64,000 bases of DNA from positions 248,001 to 312,000 of the forward strand of contig JAHCIT010000005.1 in assembly GCA_026129095.1 (NCBI GenBank), read 5' to 3'. This stretch comes from Deltaproteobacteria bacterium (GTDB lineage Bacteria; JAGRBM01; JAHCIT01). The number at the start of each line of letters is the position of its first letter. Positions within the stretch are counted from its first letter, which is position 1. Below are positions 19,033-28,641 of this stretch, piece after piece. The notes beneath the pieces are model-generated. The model made no database searches. It was given only the letters and a program-made list of their open reading frames with translations, and was not told the origin of the DNA. A program made the position numbers and the translations under genes.

Positions 19033-21389
19033 GCTTGCTTGCCCTTGTGCGTGCGGGCGATGGCCCCTGCGTAGCGTGCCTCCAGATCCTTCTTCCCCGG
19101 CTTGAATATCCAGATCAGCGCCTGATGCATGCTGAGGTCTCCGATCAGGGAACCGATGATCGTCGAAACCGTGAGTATCCCGAAATGATAAACCGGGATG
19201 AGGTCCGAGATGAGAAGGACTGAAAATCCGCCGATGAGAATTGCCGACGAATAGAGGAACGCCTTGCCACGGGTGTTGGTCGTGTAGTCGATCGCCTCTT
19301 CGTAGGTATGGCCGTCCTCCATCGACTGGTTGAAGCCGATCAGATAGTGGATCGTGTTATCCACGAGCCCGATCGCGATGGACGGCGACATGCAGGTGGC
19401 AAGGTCCAGCGGAATCCCCAGTGCACCCATGACCCCGAAGGTGAACATGACCGGAAGGATATTCGGGATGAACGCCACAACCGCCCGTGAAAAGCTCCGG
19501 AGCACGATCCAGAACTGGAGCAGCATGAACAGGGCCGACACGGACAGGGAATTGATCTGCGACGAAGTCACCTTGTCGATCATGTTCGACATGAGCCGGA
19601 CGACACCCGACACCTTCCCCACGAAGTCGGGCTTGAGCTGGTCATTGATGTAGATTTCGGTGGCGCGGATCAGGTCGGTCAGTTCGTTCGATGTCAGCGC
19701 CTTTACCCGGGAGGTGATCCTGCCGGCCGAGCCGTCGGACGCGATGAAGCGCGTCAGCAGGGGCTCCCGCCTCCGGGCGTGCGGCATCAGGCGGAGCACG
19801 CCGTCTACCTCTTCTTCCCGGGTCGGCAGCGTCCGGCCGCCGCCAAACAGGGCCCGTTTGCCTTCAGCCATGATGTCGGATGGCCCCAGCACGCCCGTGA
19901 TCTCCTCGCGGCGATCAAGGAAGTTGGCGATCTTGTCCATCTCCCAGTAGTGCGTGACCTTGTTCAGCCGGCCCCCGGGTTCCCTGGATTCGATAAACAC
20001 CTCGAACGGCATGGTGCCGCCCAGGTTTTCCTCGAAAAACCGGTAGTTGCGCGTGAACTCGGTACGCTCGGCGAAGAACTTGATCGGGTTTGTTTCCACC
20101 GTGATCCAGGTGGCGCCCCACAGCGAAACGCCGAGGAACACGAACGAGGCGATGACAACCGGCCAGGGACGGGTCCGGTTCAGCCTGGAGACCGACCGGA
20201 GGAACCGGTCCACCCACCCGCTCTCGACGCTCGCCCGGACTTCAGGGCGCGGGGGCCGGGTGAGCAGCAGCAGGACCGGCGTCAGCGTGATGGCCGAGAA
20301 GAATGCGGCCAAGATGGCGACTGCCGTCAGGATGCCGGTCTGGACCACCGGCAGCACGTCGGCGGTCGCCAGCGCCAGGAAGCCGATGGATGTCGTGAGG
20401 CTGGAGAAGAAGCAGGGGCGAATCATCCGGCCCATCGTGACGATGACGGCCTCCTCCTTGTCCGGGTGCTCTTCAAGGGTGTGGTAGTAGTGCGTTACGA
20501 TATGCACGGCATCGTTGACGCCGATGACGAGAATCACCGGGATGACAATCGAGCTGGCGATCGTGAGCGGCGCACCCGCTGCGGCAAAGAGGCCGAGCAG
20601 CCAGATGCTCGATACGATCATGGTCAGCGCCGGGATCAGCACGCCGATGAGATTCCGGAATGTCAGCATCAGCACGATTACCGTGAACGCCAGCACTATC
20701 GGCGTCAGCAGCACCATGTCCCGCAGGACGGACCGGTACAGCTCCGACGCATAAACAGGCGTCCCGGCCAGCCGCACAAGTCCCGGTGCCTCTCCGGCAG
20801 CATCGCGGGCCTGCTCCATGAGCCTGGTGATTTCCAGCCGGTGACTGGGGTTGTCCGGATCGCCCTCAATCACAACGTAAACGAAGGCGGTCTTCAGGTC
20901 CGGCGAAACCAGGAGATTCCGGTAGACGTTCGTGCCATTCAGCTTGGCCAGCACATAGCGCCGGTCGGCCTCGGAAAGCTGCGTCTTCTTGACGATCGGT
21001 TCGCCCATTTTCGGGATCGAACCGGACAGGTCGATCGAATCGAGATCGGTCGCCGTCGCCGCCGAGATTGCGGCTATGACACCGGGCTTTCTCCGTATCT
21101 CGCTCACGAGGCGGGTGATGTATTCGAGCGACGGCTGGCCGAGCGCATCACCATCGGTATGCGAGAAGATGACGAATTCATCAGTGCCAAACTTCTTCTG
21201 GAGCGCCTGGTAGGCCTGGAGGTCAGGATCACTCTGGAGGAAAAAATACTCCAGTTCCGTCACGATCCGGAGCCGCGACACCGCCACGCTCAGGCAGGCA
21301 GCCGTAATGGCGATCTGGATCGCCAGCACCCAGGTCCGCTTGCCAAGGAACCAGCGCGCCATGCGCTCATACACATTCCGGTCGGTCAC
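19029..21389 (-). CDS. MMPL/RND family transporter
   Basis: Duplicated periplasmic+TM modules with IGVNDAVH and GLVDNTIH motifs. Confidence 0.9.
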   Translation of the reverse strand: MTDRNVYERMARWFLGKRTWVLAIQIAITAACLSVAVSRLRIVTELEYFFLQSDPDLQAYQALQKKFGTDEFVIFSHTDGDALGQPSLEYITRLVSEIRRKPGVIAAISAATATDLDSIDLSGSIPKMGEPIVKKTQLSEADRRYVLAKLNGTNVYRNLLVSPDLKTAFVYVVIEGDPDNPSHRLEITRLMEQARDAAGEAPGLVRLAGTPVYASELYRSVLRDMVLLTPIVLAFTVIVLMLTFRNLIGVLIPALTMIVSSIWLLGLFAAAGAPLTIASSIVIPVILVIGVNDAVHIVTHYYHTLEEHPDKEEAVIVTMGRMIRPCFFSSLTTSIGFLALATADVLPVVQTGILTAVAILAAFFSAITLTPVLLLLTRPPRPEVRASVESGWVDRFLRSVSRLNRTRPWPVVIASFVFLGVSLWGATWITVETNPIKFFAERTEFTRNYRFFEENLGGTMPFEVFIESREPGGRLNKVTHYWEMDKIANFLDRREEITGVLGPSDIMAEGKRALFGGGRTLPTREEEVDGVLRLMPHARRREPLLTRFIASDGSAGRITSRVKALTSNELTDLIRATEIYINDQLKPDFVGKVSGVVRLMSNMIDKVTSSQINSLSVSALFMLLQFWIVLRSFSRAVVAFIPNILPVMFTFGVMGALGIPLDLATCMSPSIAIGLVDNTIHYLIGFNQSMEDGHTYEEAIDYTTNTRGKAFLYSSAILIGGFSVLLISDLIPVYHFGILTVSTIIGSLIGDLSMHQALIWIFKPGKKDLEARYAGAIARTHKGKQA

Positions 21390-21717
21390 AGGGAAACAGC
21401 CTCCACCGGCGCCCGGATTCATCGGGCGCGGAAACCCCCTGAAAATCAGGTGTTCTGCTGTTTTTCACAGGTGGAAGCGGAAGGCAACAGCCTTCCGGTA
21501 ACGTCCAGAGTACCGGACGTGAATGGATGTTAACGGTAACATGCGGGAGCTTCCGGGGCCGCCACGGTTTCCAGGGAAGCCTCCAGCGGGCGTATCCCTC
21601 TTGCCCTTCCCTGCCGGAGCCCATACGGTTGGCTCCGCCGGAATGGCTGCGGCAGGCCGCAGCCATTCCGGATATCTGTCGATAACGCTTACGATAAGGA
21701 AGAAGAGGAACGGTTCC

Positions 21718-22599
21718 ATGAATCTGCTCAAGGGAAAAACAGTGGCAATTACAGGTGCAGGCGGCGGTATCGGACGCGCCCATGCGCTACTGGCGGCCAA
21801 GGAAGGCGCGCAGGTGGTCGTGAACGATCTGGGCGGTTCACGCGATGGCACCGGTTCGGGGACGACGATGGCCGAAAAGGTGTGCGAGGAAATCCGGGCC
21901 ATGGGAGGCAAGGCGGCGGCCAACTATGGAAACGTCGCCACGGCCGAGGGGGCCAACTCCATCGTTGAGACGGCGGTCAAGGAGTTCGGCAAGCTGGACG
22001 CCATGATCTGCAATGCAGGCATCCTGCGTGACAAGTCCTTCAAGAACATGAACGACGAGCTGTGGGATCCGGTGATGGCGGTCCACCTGAAGGGCACCTA
22101 CTACTGCGCCAAGGCGGCGTGGATGCACTTCCTCGACAAGCAGATCAAGGGACGGCTCGTGTTCACCAGTTCCACTTCGGGACTTTTTGGCAACTTCGGC
22201 CAGACGAACTACGGCGCGGCCAAGGCCGGAATCTGGGGGCTGATGAACTGCCTGTGGCGCGAAGGCGAAAAGGCGGGAATTACCGTCAATGCCATCTGCC
22301 CGGTGGCACTCACCCGCCTCACCGAGGATCTGGCCGGTTTCAAGGGCGATAGCGCCCCCATGGCCGAACTGAAACCCGAGCACATATCGCCAACCGTCAT
22401 CTGGCTCTGTTCCGACCAGGCGGCAGGCGTCAGCGGCCGGACGTTCCTTGTGAAAGGCGCCGAGGTGGAACTCCTGACGCTGATCCGTGAACCCGGAGCC
22501 AAGACCAGCAGCAAGGATCCGTGGGATCCTTCCGAACTGGGACCGCGCCTTGCCGACGCGGTCAGGAAATCGCAGTTCAAGGCGAGCTGGTCATCCTGA
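21718..22599 (+). CDS. Short-chain dehydrogenase/reductase (3-hydroxyacyl-CoA dehydrogenase-like)
   Basis: TGAGGGIG, VVNDLGG, NAGILRD, NFGQTNYGAAK. Confidence 0.93.
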   Translation: MNLLKGKTVAITGAGGGIGRAHALLAAKEGAQVVVNDLGGSRDGTGSGTTMAEKVCEEIRAMGGKAAANYGNVATAEGANSIVETAVKEFGKLDAMICNAGILRDKSFKNMNDELWDPVMAVHLKGTYYCAKAAWMHFLDKQIKGRLVFTSSTSGLFGNFGQTNYGAAKAGIWGLMNCLWREGEKAGITVNAICPVALTRLTEDLAGFKGDSAPMAELKPEHISPTVIWLCSDQAAGVSGRTFLVKGAEVELLTLIREPGAKTSSKDPWDPSELGPRLADAVRKSQFKASWSS

Positions 22600-22646
22600 T
22601 CCAGCCCTTCTTGCCCCAGTTCCCGTTCCGGCGCTACGAAGTACGG

Positions 22647-23864
22647 ATGCAACGCTTCCGCCACTTCGTAGCGCCGGTCCTGCTTCTTCTGGCCGCCTGC
22701 GCCGCCAAGCCGGAAAGTCCGCCTGCGGGCCCTGCCCCCCAATCCGGGGCTATTCCGGAAATTCATGACGAAACCGAACAGCCTGTCCCGGTGACAGTCT
22801 TGCCAGTGGAACCGGAATCCGCCGCACGGCATGGAGCGGTCACCATTGCCGCCGCCGGAGACGTGACGCTTGGAAACCATTTCAAGGTATTTGACCCGGA
22901 ACTGAAGCAGAAGCGCGGGCTCACCGGCGACGATATCCTCGACTACCCGTTCCTGCATGTTCGCAAGTGGTTCAGGGAGGCTGATATCGCCATCGTGAAC
23001 TACGAGGGCACATTCACCACCTCCACCGAGAAAACGGTCAAGAACTTCACCTTCAAGGCAGATCCGCACGAAGTGGACAAGCTGAAACGTGCCGGAATCG
23101 ATGTGGTGTCTCTGGCCAACAATCACGCCTCCGACTTCGGGGAAACCGGCCTCAGGGATACGGCCCGGACGCTCGACCAAGCCGGTATTCTCCACTTCGG
23201 AGCGGGGGAAAACCTCGCCGCCGCCCGCCGCCCGGCACGGCTGGAAGCGAACGGGCTTGGTGTCTGCTTTACCGGTTACCTTTATCTGGGGCTCCACTCC
23301 ATCGAGCCGGACGTGGTCTGGGCGGGAGAGGCCAAATCCGGTGTTGCCGGCGTGCCGAGCTACGAGGGCAACGAGGCAGACATGGCGGCGATGCTCACCG
23401 AAGACCTCGCCGCCATGGGTAACCGCAGGGATTGCGACTTCCGGGTGGTGTTTTTCCACTGGGGACGCGAGGGAACCCACGAACTGATGCCCTACCAGCG
23501 GGAACTGGCGACAATTGCGGTCCAGCACGGGGCCGATGCCGTGCTGGGCGCACACCCCCATGTCCTGCAGGCGGTGGAATACCTGGAGGGCCCTGCGGGA
23601 CTGGTGCCCGTTATCTATTCGATGGGGAACTTCGTTTTCGCCGGGAACTGGAACCCGAAACGGAAGGATTCCGTGATCGCGCTTCTCCTTCTGGAAATCA
23701 CCCCGGAGGGCCGCCGCCGGACGATGGAGTTCGTCCCGGTCTACTCCGACCGGTACCCCGAGTTTCCCTTCCAGCCCTGGCCGCAGGCCCCCGAAAAGGC
23801 CGAAAAAACTGTCCAGCGGATGCTTTGCTGGGCCCAGGCCGCCACGGTGGAGGAGTGCGAATAG
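22647..23864 (+). CDS. CapA family metallophosphoesterase lipoprotein
   Basis: LAAC lipobox; GDV, NYE, LANNH, FHWG, GAHPHVLQ, YSMGNF. Confidence 0.9.
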   Translation: MQRFRHFVAPVLLLLAACAAKPESPPAGPAPQSGAIPEIHDETEQPVPVTVLPVEPESAARHGAVTIAAAGDVTLGNHFKVFDPELKQKRGLTGDDILDYPFLHVRKWFREADIAIVNYEGTFTTSTEKTVKNFTFKADPHEVDKLKRAGIDVVSLANNHASDFGETGLRDTARTLDQAGILHFGAGENLAAARRPARLEANGLGVCFTGYLYLGLHSIEPDVVWAGEAKSGVAGVPSYEGNEADMAAMLTEDLAAMGNRRDCDFRVVFFHWGREGTHELMPYQRELATIAVQHGADAVLGAHPHVLQAVEYLEGPAGLVPVIYSMGNFVFAGNWNPKRKDSVIALLLLEITPEGRRRTMEFVPVYSDRYPEFPFQPWPQAPEKAEKTVQRMLCWAQAATVEECE

Positions 23865-23960
23865 GTATCCCTCTTGCCTCTTGCCAGGGGCGGCGGGTAT
23901 CCGTTAGGTAACGTCCGCGCCGGAAACCGGCGTCAAAACGGCCCAAGAGGTTTGCCCCGG

Positions 23961-24476
23961 ATGGCCCACTTCATCACCGACAAATGCACCGGCTGCACCA
24001 TGTGCATTCGCGTCTGCCCGACCGGGGCCATTACCGGCGACAAGCGGGACATCCACCTCATCGATCCGGACCTGTGCATCGACTGCTCGACTTGCGGGAT
24101 TTACTGCCCCTATGACGCCATCGAGGACGGTCTTGGCGTGATTGTCCCGAAGATCAAGCCCAAGGATATCCCCAAGGCCTATGTGGTCGACGAACTGTGC
24201 TCGGGATGTGTTTTCTGCGTGGACGCCTGCCCCTTCGACTGCATCGAAATGGTGGACAAGCAGGTTCCGGGCGAGGCCGGCAACTTCAAGATTGCCTGGG
24301 TTGACCAGAAGAAATGTGTTTCCTGCAAACTTTGCGCGCAGGTCTGCATCAAGGACGCGATCCGCGTCGAGCGCCCTACTGTCTTCCAGAACGAGAGCTA
24401 CCAGGGGTTCCAGCGCCCCGAGGAGCACATGATCTCCCTGAAGAAAATGATGCAGGTTCCTGGCACTGCCGCCTGA
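23961..24476 (+). CDS. Polyferredoxin (four 4Fe-4S motifs)
   Basis: Four CxxCxxCxxxC motifs. Confidence 0.92.
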   Translation: MAHFITDKCTGCTMCIRVCPTGAITGDKRDIHLIDPDLCIDCSTCGIYCPYDAIEDGLGVIVPKIKPKDIPKAYVVDELCSGCVFCVDACPFDCIEMVDKQVPGEAGNFKIAWVDQKKCVSCKLCAQVCIKDAIRVERPTVFQNESYQGFQRPEEHMISLKKMMQVPGTAA

Positions 24477-24512
24477 GCGTACCGCTTCCCGCTGACCAGC
24501 CCGACCTGTGAT

Positions 24513-25718
24513 CTACTGCCGCTGTACTGACGGCTTTGTCCGCTTGCGCCCCGGTTTCGCCTTCTTGCTGCCGAAATCACGGCGGAGCCGCTCATGCTCG
24601 GCGACGGCGGCGTCAGCCAGCGGGCCGGAATCGGCGAAATAGACATTTTCGTCGTTCAGCTCGTTCGCCGGCCGCGTGTAGTTGAAGCTTCCCGTGGCGA
24701 GCCGGCGGCCGTCAACGACCAGAAACTTGTGATGCAGTTTGCCCGGTGGCGGACTCCGGAGCACCTCGCATCCGGCCTCCTCAATCCGCTCATCGGGGCT
24801 CCACGACTGGCCTGCCTGGCCCGCGTCAAACAGTCCGATGCACCGGACCCCTCTCCGGGCCGCCCGGATCACGGCATCGGTGAGAGCCGAGCTTTCCGAA
24901 AAGGTGAAGATCGCAAACCGCACTTCCTCAGTGGCACCGTCAACCATCGCCACCAGTTCACTCTCGGCGTCGGAGGCTGGGGTAAAGAGCACACGGTTGC
25001 GGCTTCCGCCCGAAAGCTCCACCCACCCGGGCAGCTTTGGTTGCCGTTTCACCCGGCGGCCAAAGGCTCCGCTCCATGCTTCCATGAACTTTGTCCGGTA
25101 GGCCCTGACGATCTGCGGTCCGGTGATGATGACCGCGTTGTTGAAGTTCACGCGCGCATCAGTCCTCGTGAAATTCATTGATCCGGTCCAGACCGCCTCG
25201 TTCTTCAGCCCGTAGTCACGCACCACGAACTTGTGATGGAAGATTGCCGGATTGTAGTCCGGCCGGATGTCTATCCCGGCACGCCAGAAGTCGGAGATGA
25301 TCTGGCGGTTCACGTCCAGCGAATCGGGCAGCACTTCGGGGCCGATACCAGCGGTCACACCGGGCCTGCTTCCGCCCGTCTCCGGCAGGGGGGCTTTTGC
25401 CAGCAGGTAGTCCATTTCCACCACCACGCGAACCTTGAGCCGCCGCCGGTGGGTCGAAAGCCCCCGCACCCGGTCAATGAGTGCGCGGGCCAGTTCCGGG
25501 TGATCCCATTCCTGCACGAGGATATCGAGACTGCAGCAGGCGTCTGCGAGAAAGGCCGTCAGCTCGCTCTCCAGATCGTCCGGAGCCCCGCGGGATTTCG
25601 GTCCGGCGAGAAACCGGACCGTGCCATCTGCCGCATGGACAGCCGCCCCCGCCCCGTGCAAGGCTATGGCCAGCACGATGAACAGCCGGAAATCACAAAG
25701 GTTCTTACGCAGGCTCAT
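24513..25718 (-). CDS. Phospholipase D superfamily protein (two HKD motifs)
   Basis: HHKFVVRD...TGSMN and HHKFLVVD...TGSFN; start uncertain. Confidence 0.88.
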   Translation of the reverse strand: MSLRKNLCDFRLFIVLAIALHGAGAAVHAADGTVRFLAGPKSRGAPDDLESELTAFLADACCSLDILVQEWDHPELARALIDRVRGLSTHRRRLKVRVVVEMDYLLAKAPLPETGGSRPGVTAGIGPEVLPDSLDVNRQIISDFWRAGIDIRPDYNPAIFHHKFVVRDYGLKNEAVWTGSMNFTRTDARVNFNNAVIITGPQIVRAYRTKFMEAWSGAFGRRVKRQPKLPGWVELSGGSRNRVLFTPASDAESELVAMVDGATEEVRFAIFTFSESSALTDAVIRAARRGVRCIGLFDAGQAGQSWSPDERIEEAGCEVLRSPPPGKLHHKFLVVDGRRLATGSFNYTRPANELNDENVYFADSGPLADAAVAEHERLRRDFGSKKAKPGRKRTKPSVQRQ

Positions 25719-26577
25719 GGTCCTCGCAGTATTGCTTACCGGTATGTCAGGACGTGACACACCGGTCCGGGCGGCCAGTGATCCGGTCCGGATCGAAACG
25801 GGCGTTCATCTCCTGTCGGTCGGGCCCATCGAACGCGATTCCTACTACGCCGACTACTATCTCTGGTTCCGGTGGGAAGGTGATCCACGTCTCAACTCCT
25901 TCGAGATTATCAACGGCATTTCGGCGGGCAACAACTTCCAGAGTGTACCAGTTGAAATCCGCACGACCAGCGATGGCTGGAACGTCGAGGTCTATCGCCT
26001 TTCGGGACTGTTCAAGCGGTATTCGGACTCGAGGAAGATCGTGCTCCAGATCGAGAACACGGTGAACGAGATCGACACGGTGGTCTATGCGGGGCATCCT
26101 CCGACACTGGAACCGACTGTCGGAGCGTCCGGATGGACGCTGACCCGGCCGTCGTGGATCGAGAAAATACATACTTATCCGACCGCCTTCGGCGATGGTC
26201 CCGGGCCGCCCACCGAATCAAGTTATTCGCGCCTTGAGCTGGACATCCGGCTCATACCCCGAATGGATGCTTTCCGTGGTCTGGGCCTCGTGGGCTCCAT
26301 CCTCGCCTTCGTGCTCATCGCGCTTACGGGGCTTCCCCGGTTTGATGTATCGGCAGCGGACCTTTCAATCGGCGCCGGTGGCGTGTCGCTCCTGGTGGGG
26401 CTCTCCGGACTTGCCGGTTCGACGGGGGCCCTGTGGGCAGGGGTCGTGGGGCTGGCTGCCGCCGCCTGCGCCGGAGCTGCCCGCCGGTTCGGGGCGCGGG
26501 ACGTACAGGCGCTCGTTCTTTATATCGGCTCGCTGGGCCTGGCCGCGTATGCGGTAGTGCTCGCCTCCCTCTTCTGA
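25717..26577 (+). CDS. Membrane protein resembling a prokaryotic pentameric ligand-gated ion channel subunit
   Basis: Signal-like N-terminus, beta-rich domain (YYADYYLWFRW, FEIING, YSRLELDIRL), four C-terminal hydrophobic segments. Confidence 0.5.
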   Translation: MVLAVLLTGMSGRDTPVRAASDPVRIETGVHLLSVGPIERDSYYADYYLWFRWEGDPRLNSFEIINGISAGNNFQSVPVEIRTTSDGWNVEVYRLSGLFKRYSDSRKIVLQIENTVNEIDTVVYAGHPPTLEPTVGASGWTLTRPSWIEKIHTYPTAFGDGPGPPTESSYSRLELDIRLIPRMDAFRGLGLVGSILAFVLIALTGLPRFDVSAADLSIGAGGVSLLVGLSGLAGSTGALWAGVVGLAAAACAGAARRFGARDVQALVLYIGSLGLAAYAVVLASLF

Positions 26578-27518
26578 CCGGACCTTCCCTTGCGAAGGCG
26601 GGTGCGGCTTGTCCCGGCCCGGCACACCGGCAGCAGCATGCAACTGGCGCAAGTCACGCGGTCCGGCTTGGCCGGACAGTCGCCCAAGATACCCAGCCGG
26701 CAGAGGGCGAAGTCGTAACGGAGCGGGTCATCTGGGTCCAGCAGCCTGAGCGAGGCAGTGGCCTCCTGGGCAGCCGCCCATCCGTTGGTCGCCCGGTCCG
26801 TAAGTCCCAGGTAGCGGACGATGCGTGAGAGGTGCGCGTCGAGCGGCAGCACAAGCTGGGACGGCTGGATAAAATCCCAGAGCCCGACGTCCAGCTCATC
26901 CCGCCGGACCATCCAGCGCAGAAAGAGGTTCATCCGCTTGCAGGCCGATCCGTCCGCTGGGTCGGAAAGCAGGAAACGGGCCGACGCCGGACCCGGCAGC
27001 AGCCCGTCCGCGTATACCGGCGTGCAGTCGCTCGCCAGCATGCTCCGCACCCAGCCGGACAGGGCCGGGCCGATGTCAGAGTCGCCGGTCTTATAGAACT
27101 GCCGGAAATGCTCACCAAGCCTCCCCCACCGGGCGAGCGAAAGCCCCGTCCAGTGCAGCAGCAACAGGACGTCATCCCCCGAATTGAACCGGTGGCGAAA
27201 GGGCGCCAGACGGCGACGGACTTCGTTCCGGTCGAAATCGCGCAGGAAGGCCGCAGGGGACGGGCCCAGAATCTCCAGCACCCGCTCGATTGAACCGAAA
27301 ATCGTCCGGACATTGCCGTAGGCAAGAGCGGCCGACAGCAGCGCAACGGTTTCGCGGTCTTCTGGGAGCCGGTAACGGTGCACATACCGAAGCGGATCGG
27401 TTTCGAGGAAACCGGCATGGTGATACCGGATGAACAGCGGCTCCAGAAACGACTTGAGTTTCGCGGCACGGGCCGCTGTGAGACGGCTTCGGGGTGGATT
27501 TTCCAGGCCGGAGGCCAT
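26520..27518 (-). CDS. TIGR02757/DUF2400 family protein
   Basis: DPL, LAYG, SACKRMNLFLRWMVR, PLDAH, DPLRYDFAL. Confidence 0.9.
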   Translation of the reverse strand: MASGLENPPRSRLTAARAAKLKSFLEPLFIRYHHAGFLETDPLRYVHRYRLPEDRETVALLSAALAYGNVRTIFGSIERVLEILGPSPAAFLRDFDRNEVRRRLAPFRHRFNSGDDVLLLLHWTGLSLARWGRLGEHFRQFYKTGDSDIGPALSGWVRSMLASDCTPVYADGLLPGPASARFLLSDPADGSACKRMNLFLRWMVRRDELDVGLWDFIQPSQLVLPLDAHLSRIVRYLGLTDRATNGWAAAQEATASLRLLDPDDPLRYDFALCRLGILGDCPAKPDRVTCASCMLLPVCRAGTSRTRLRKGRSGQKREASTTAYAARPSEPI

Positions 27519-27536
27519 GACGAAAGGGCCGCCGCG

Positions 27537-27893
27537 CTATTGCGGTGCCCCGGCTGGTCCGGCCGGCTCGACCGGTATGGACGTTGCTTCCGGCAGGCGG
27601 CGGGCACCCTTGCGCTCCAGCTGGAAAATAACGGGAGTCTTGATTTCAGCCCGGTCCACCTCATCCACAACGATACCGCGGAAGGTGTCGTCCGTTCCCT
27701 TTTGCGAGTTCAGCACCGGCCGGTGAACGATAGCGCGAACGGTAGTGCGGCGGTGCTTGCCCTTCACATTGGTGAAAACCAGCCGGTCACCCACCGTCAG
27801 CGGCTGCTCCGGCATCAAACCGATAACAAGGACTCCCTTGTCGTCCAGGGTATAGGCATGGAGCCCTTCAAAAAACAGTTCGCCGTCACTCAT
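27537..27893 (-). CDS. Hypothetical protein
   Basis: 118 aa ORF co-oriented within the minus-strand run. Confidence 0.6.
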   Translation of the reverse strand: MSDGELFFEGLHAYTLDDKGVLVIGLMPEQPLTVGDRLVFTNVKGKHRRTTVRAIVHRPVLNSQKGTDDTFRGIVVDEVDRAEIKTPVIFQLERKGARRLPEATSIPVEPAGPAGAPQ

Positions 27894-27966
27894 GACTCGT
27901 GTTCCTGCCAGTTCGCCGGTATTCGCCCTCTTGCGGTTTCCATACTGCCTTCAGCCTGCCGGGAGG

Positions 27967-28629
27967 TCAACGCGCCGCCCTCCGGCAGACGACACGGACG
28001 GCATTTTCCCGGTGGCGGCGGGGTTCCAGCCTCACGACCGATTCGATTTTCCACTCCGGGGCCGATGCTGCCAGTTCGGCCCGTTCAGATGCCTCAAACG
28101 CCGGCCCCCGGATGAACAGGGCCCTGCCGTCAGGGCCCAGGAGCTCACCGGCGAGGTTCAGGACAAACGCCGGAGTACCCAGTGCCTGCGCCGTCAGGCG
28201 CGAGAACGAGCCGGGTTTGCCGAACAGTCCCTCCTTCACTGATTGCGGCGTAATCCGTATGGCGAACGCCCGGTAGTTGTCCAGCCCCAGAAGGCGGGCG
28301 GCATGCTCCTGGAAGGTGACCTTTTTCTGGCGGGCTTCGATACTGATGACACGGACGGAGGGGATCGCCCAGGCGATGACGAGCCCCGGGAACCCGGCCC
28401 CCGATCCCACATCGGCCACCGTGGAGCCGGCCGGAATCTCCTGTGCAATATCGAGTGCGTCCAGAACGAGGGCTTCGAGAATGGCCTCTTCATCCGGCAG
28501 GGCCGTGAGCCGTACCGTCCGGTTCCATTTCAGGAGTTCGCGGGCGAGATCCGCAAGCGGACCAGGCCCGGTGCGCGGTGAACCGGCGGCGGCCAGCCGC
28601 TCTGCAACGCGCCGGTTGAGCGCATCCAT
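27967..28629 (-). CDS. rsmG: 16S rRNA G527 methyltransferase
   Basis: KWNRTVRLT, DVGSGAGFPG, IEARQKK. Confidence 0.9.
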   Translation of the reverse strand: MDALNRRVAERLAAAGSPRTGPGPLADLARELLKWNRTVRLTALPDEEAILEALVLDALDIAQEIPAGSTVADVGSGAGFPGLVIAWAIPSVRVISIEARQKKVTFQEHAARLLGLDNYRAFAIRITPQSVKEGLFGKPGSFSRLTAQALGTPAFVLNLAGELLGPDGRALFIRGPAFEASERAELAASAPEWKIESVVRLEPRRHRENAVRVVCRRAAR

Positions 28630-28641
28630 GCGCCCGCCACC

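Noticed and set aside
19779-21533. 584 aa plus-strand ORF
   Set aside because: Antisense shadow of the MMPL transporter.
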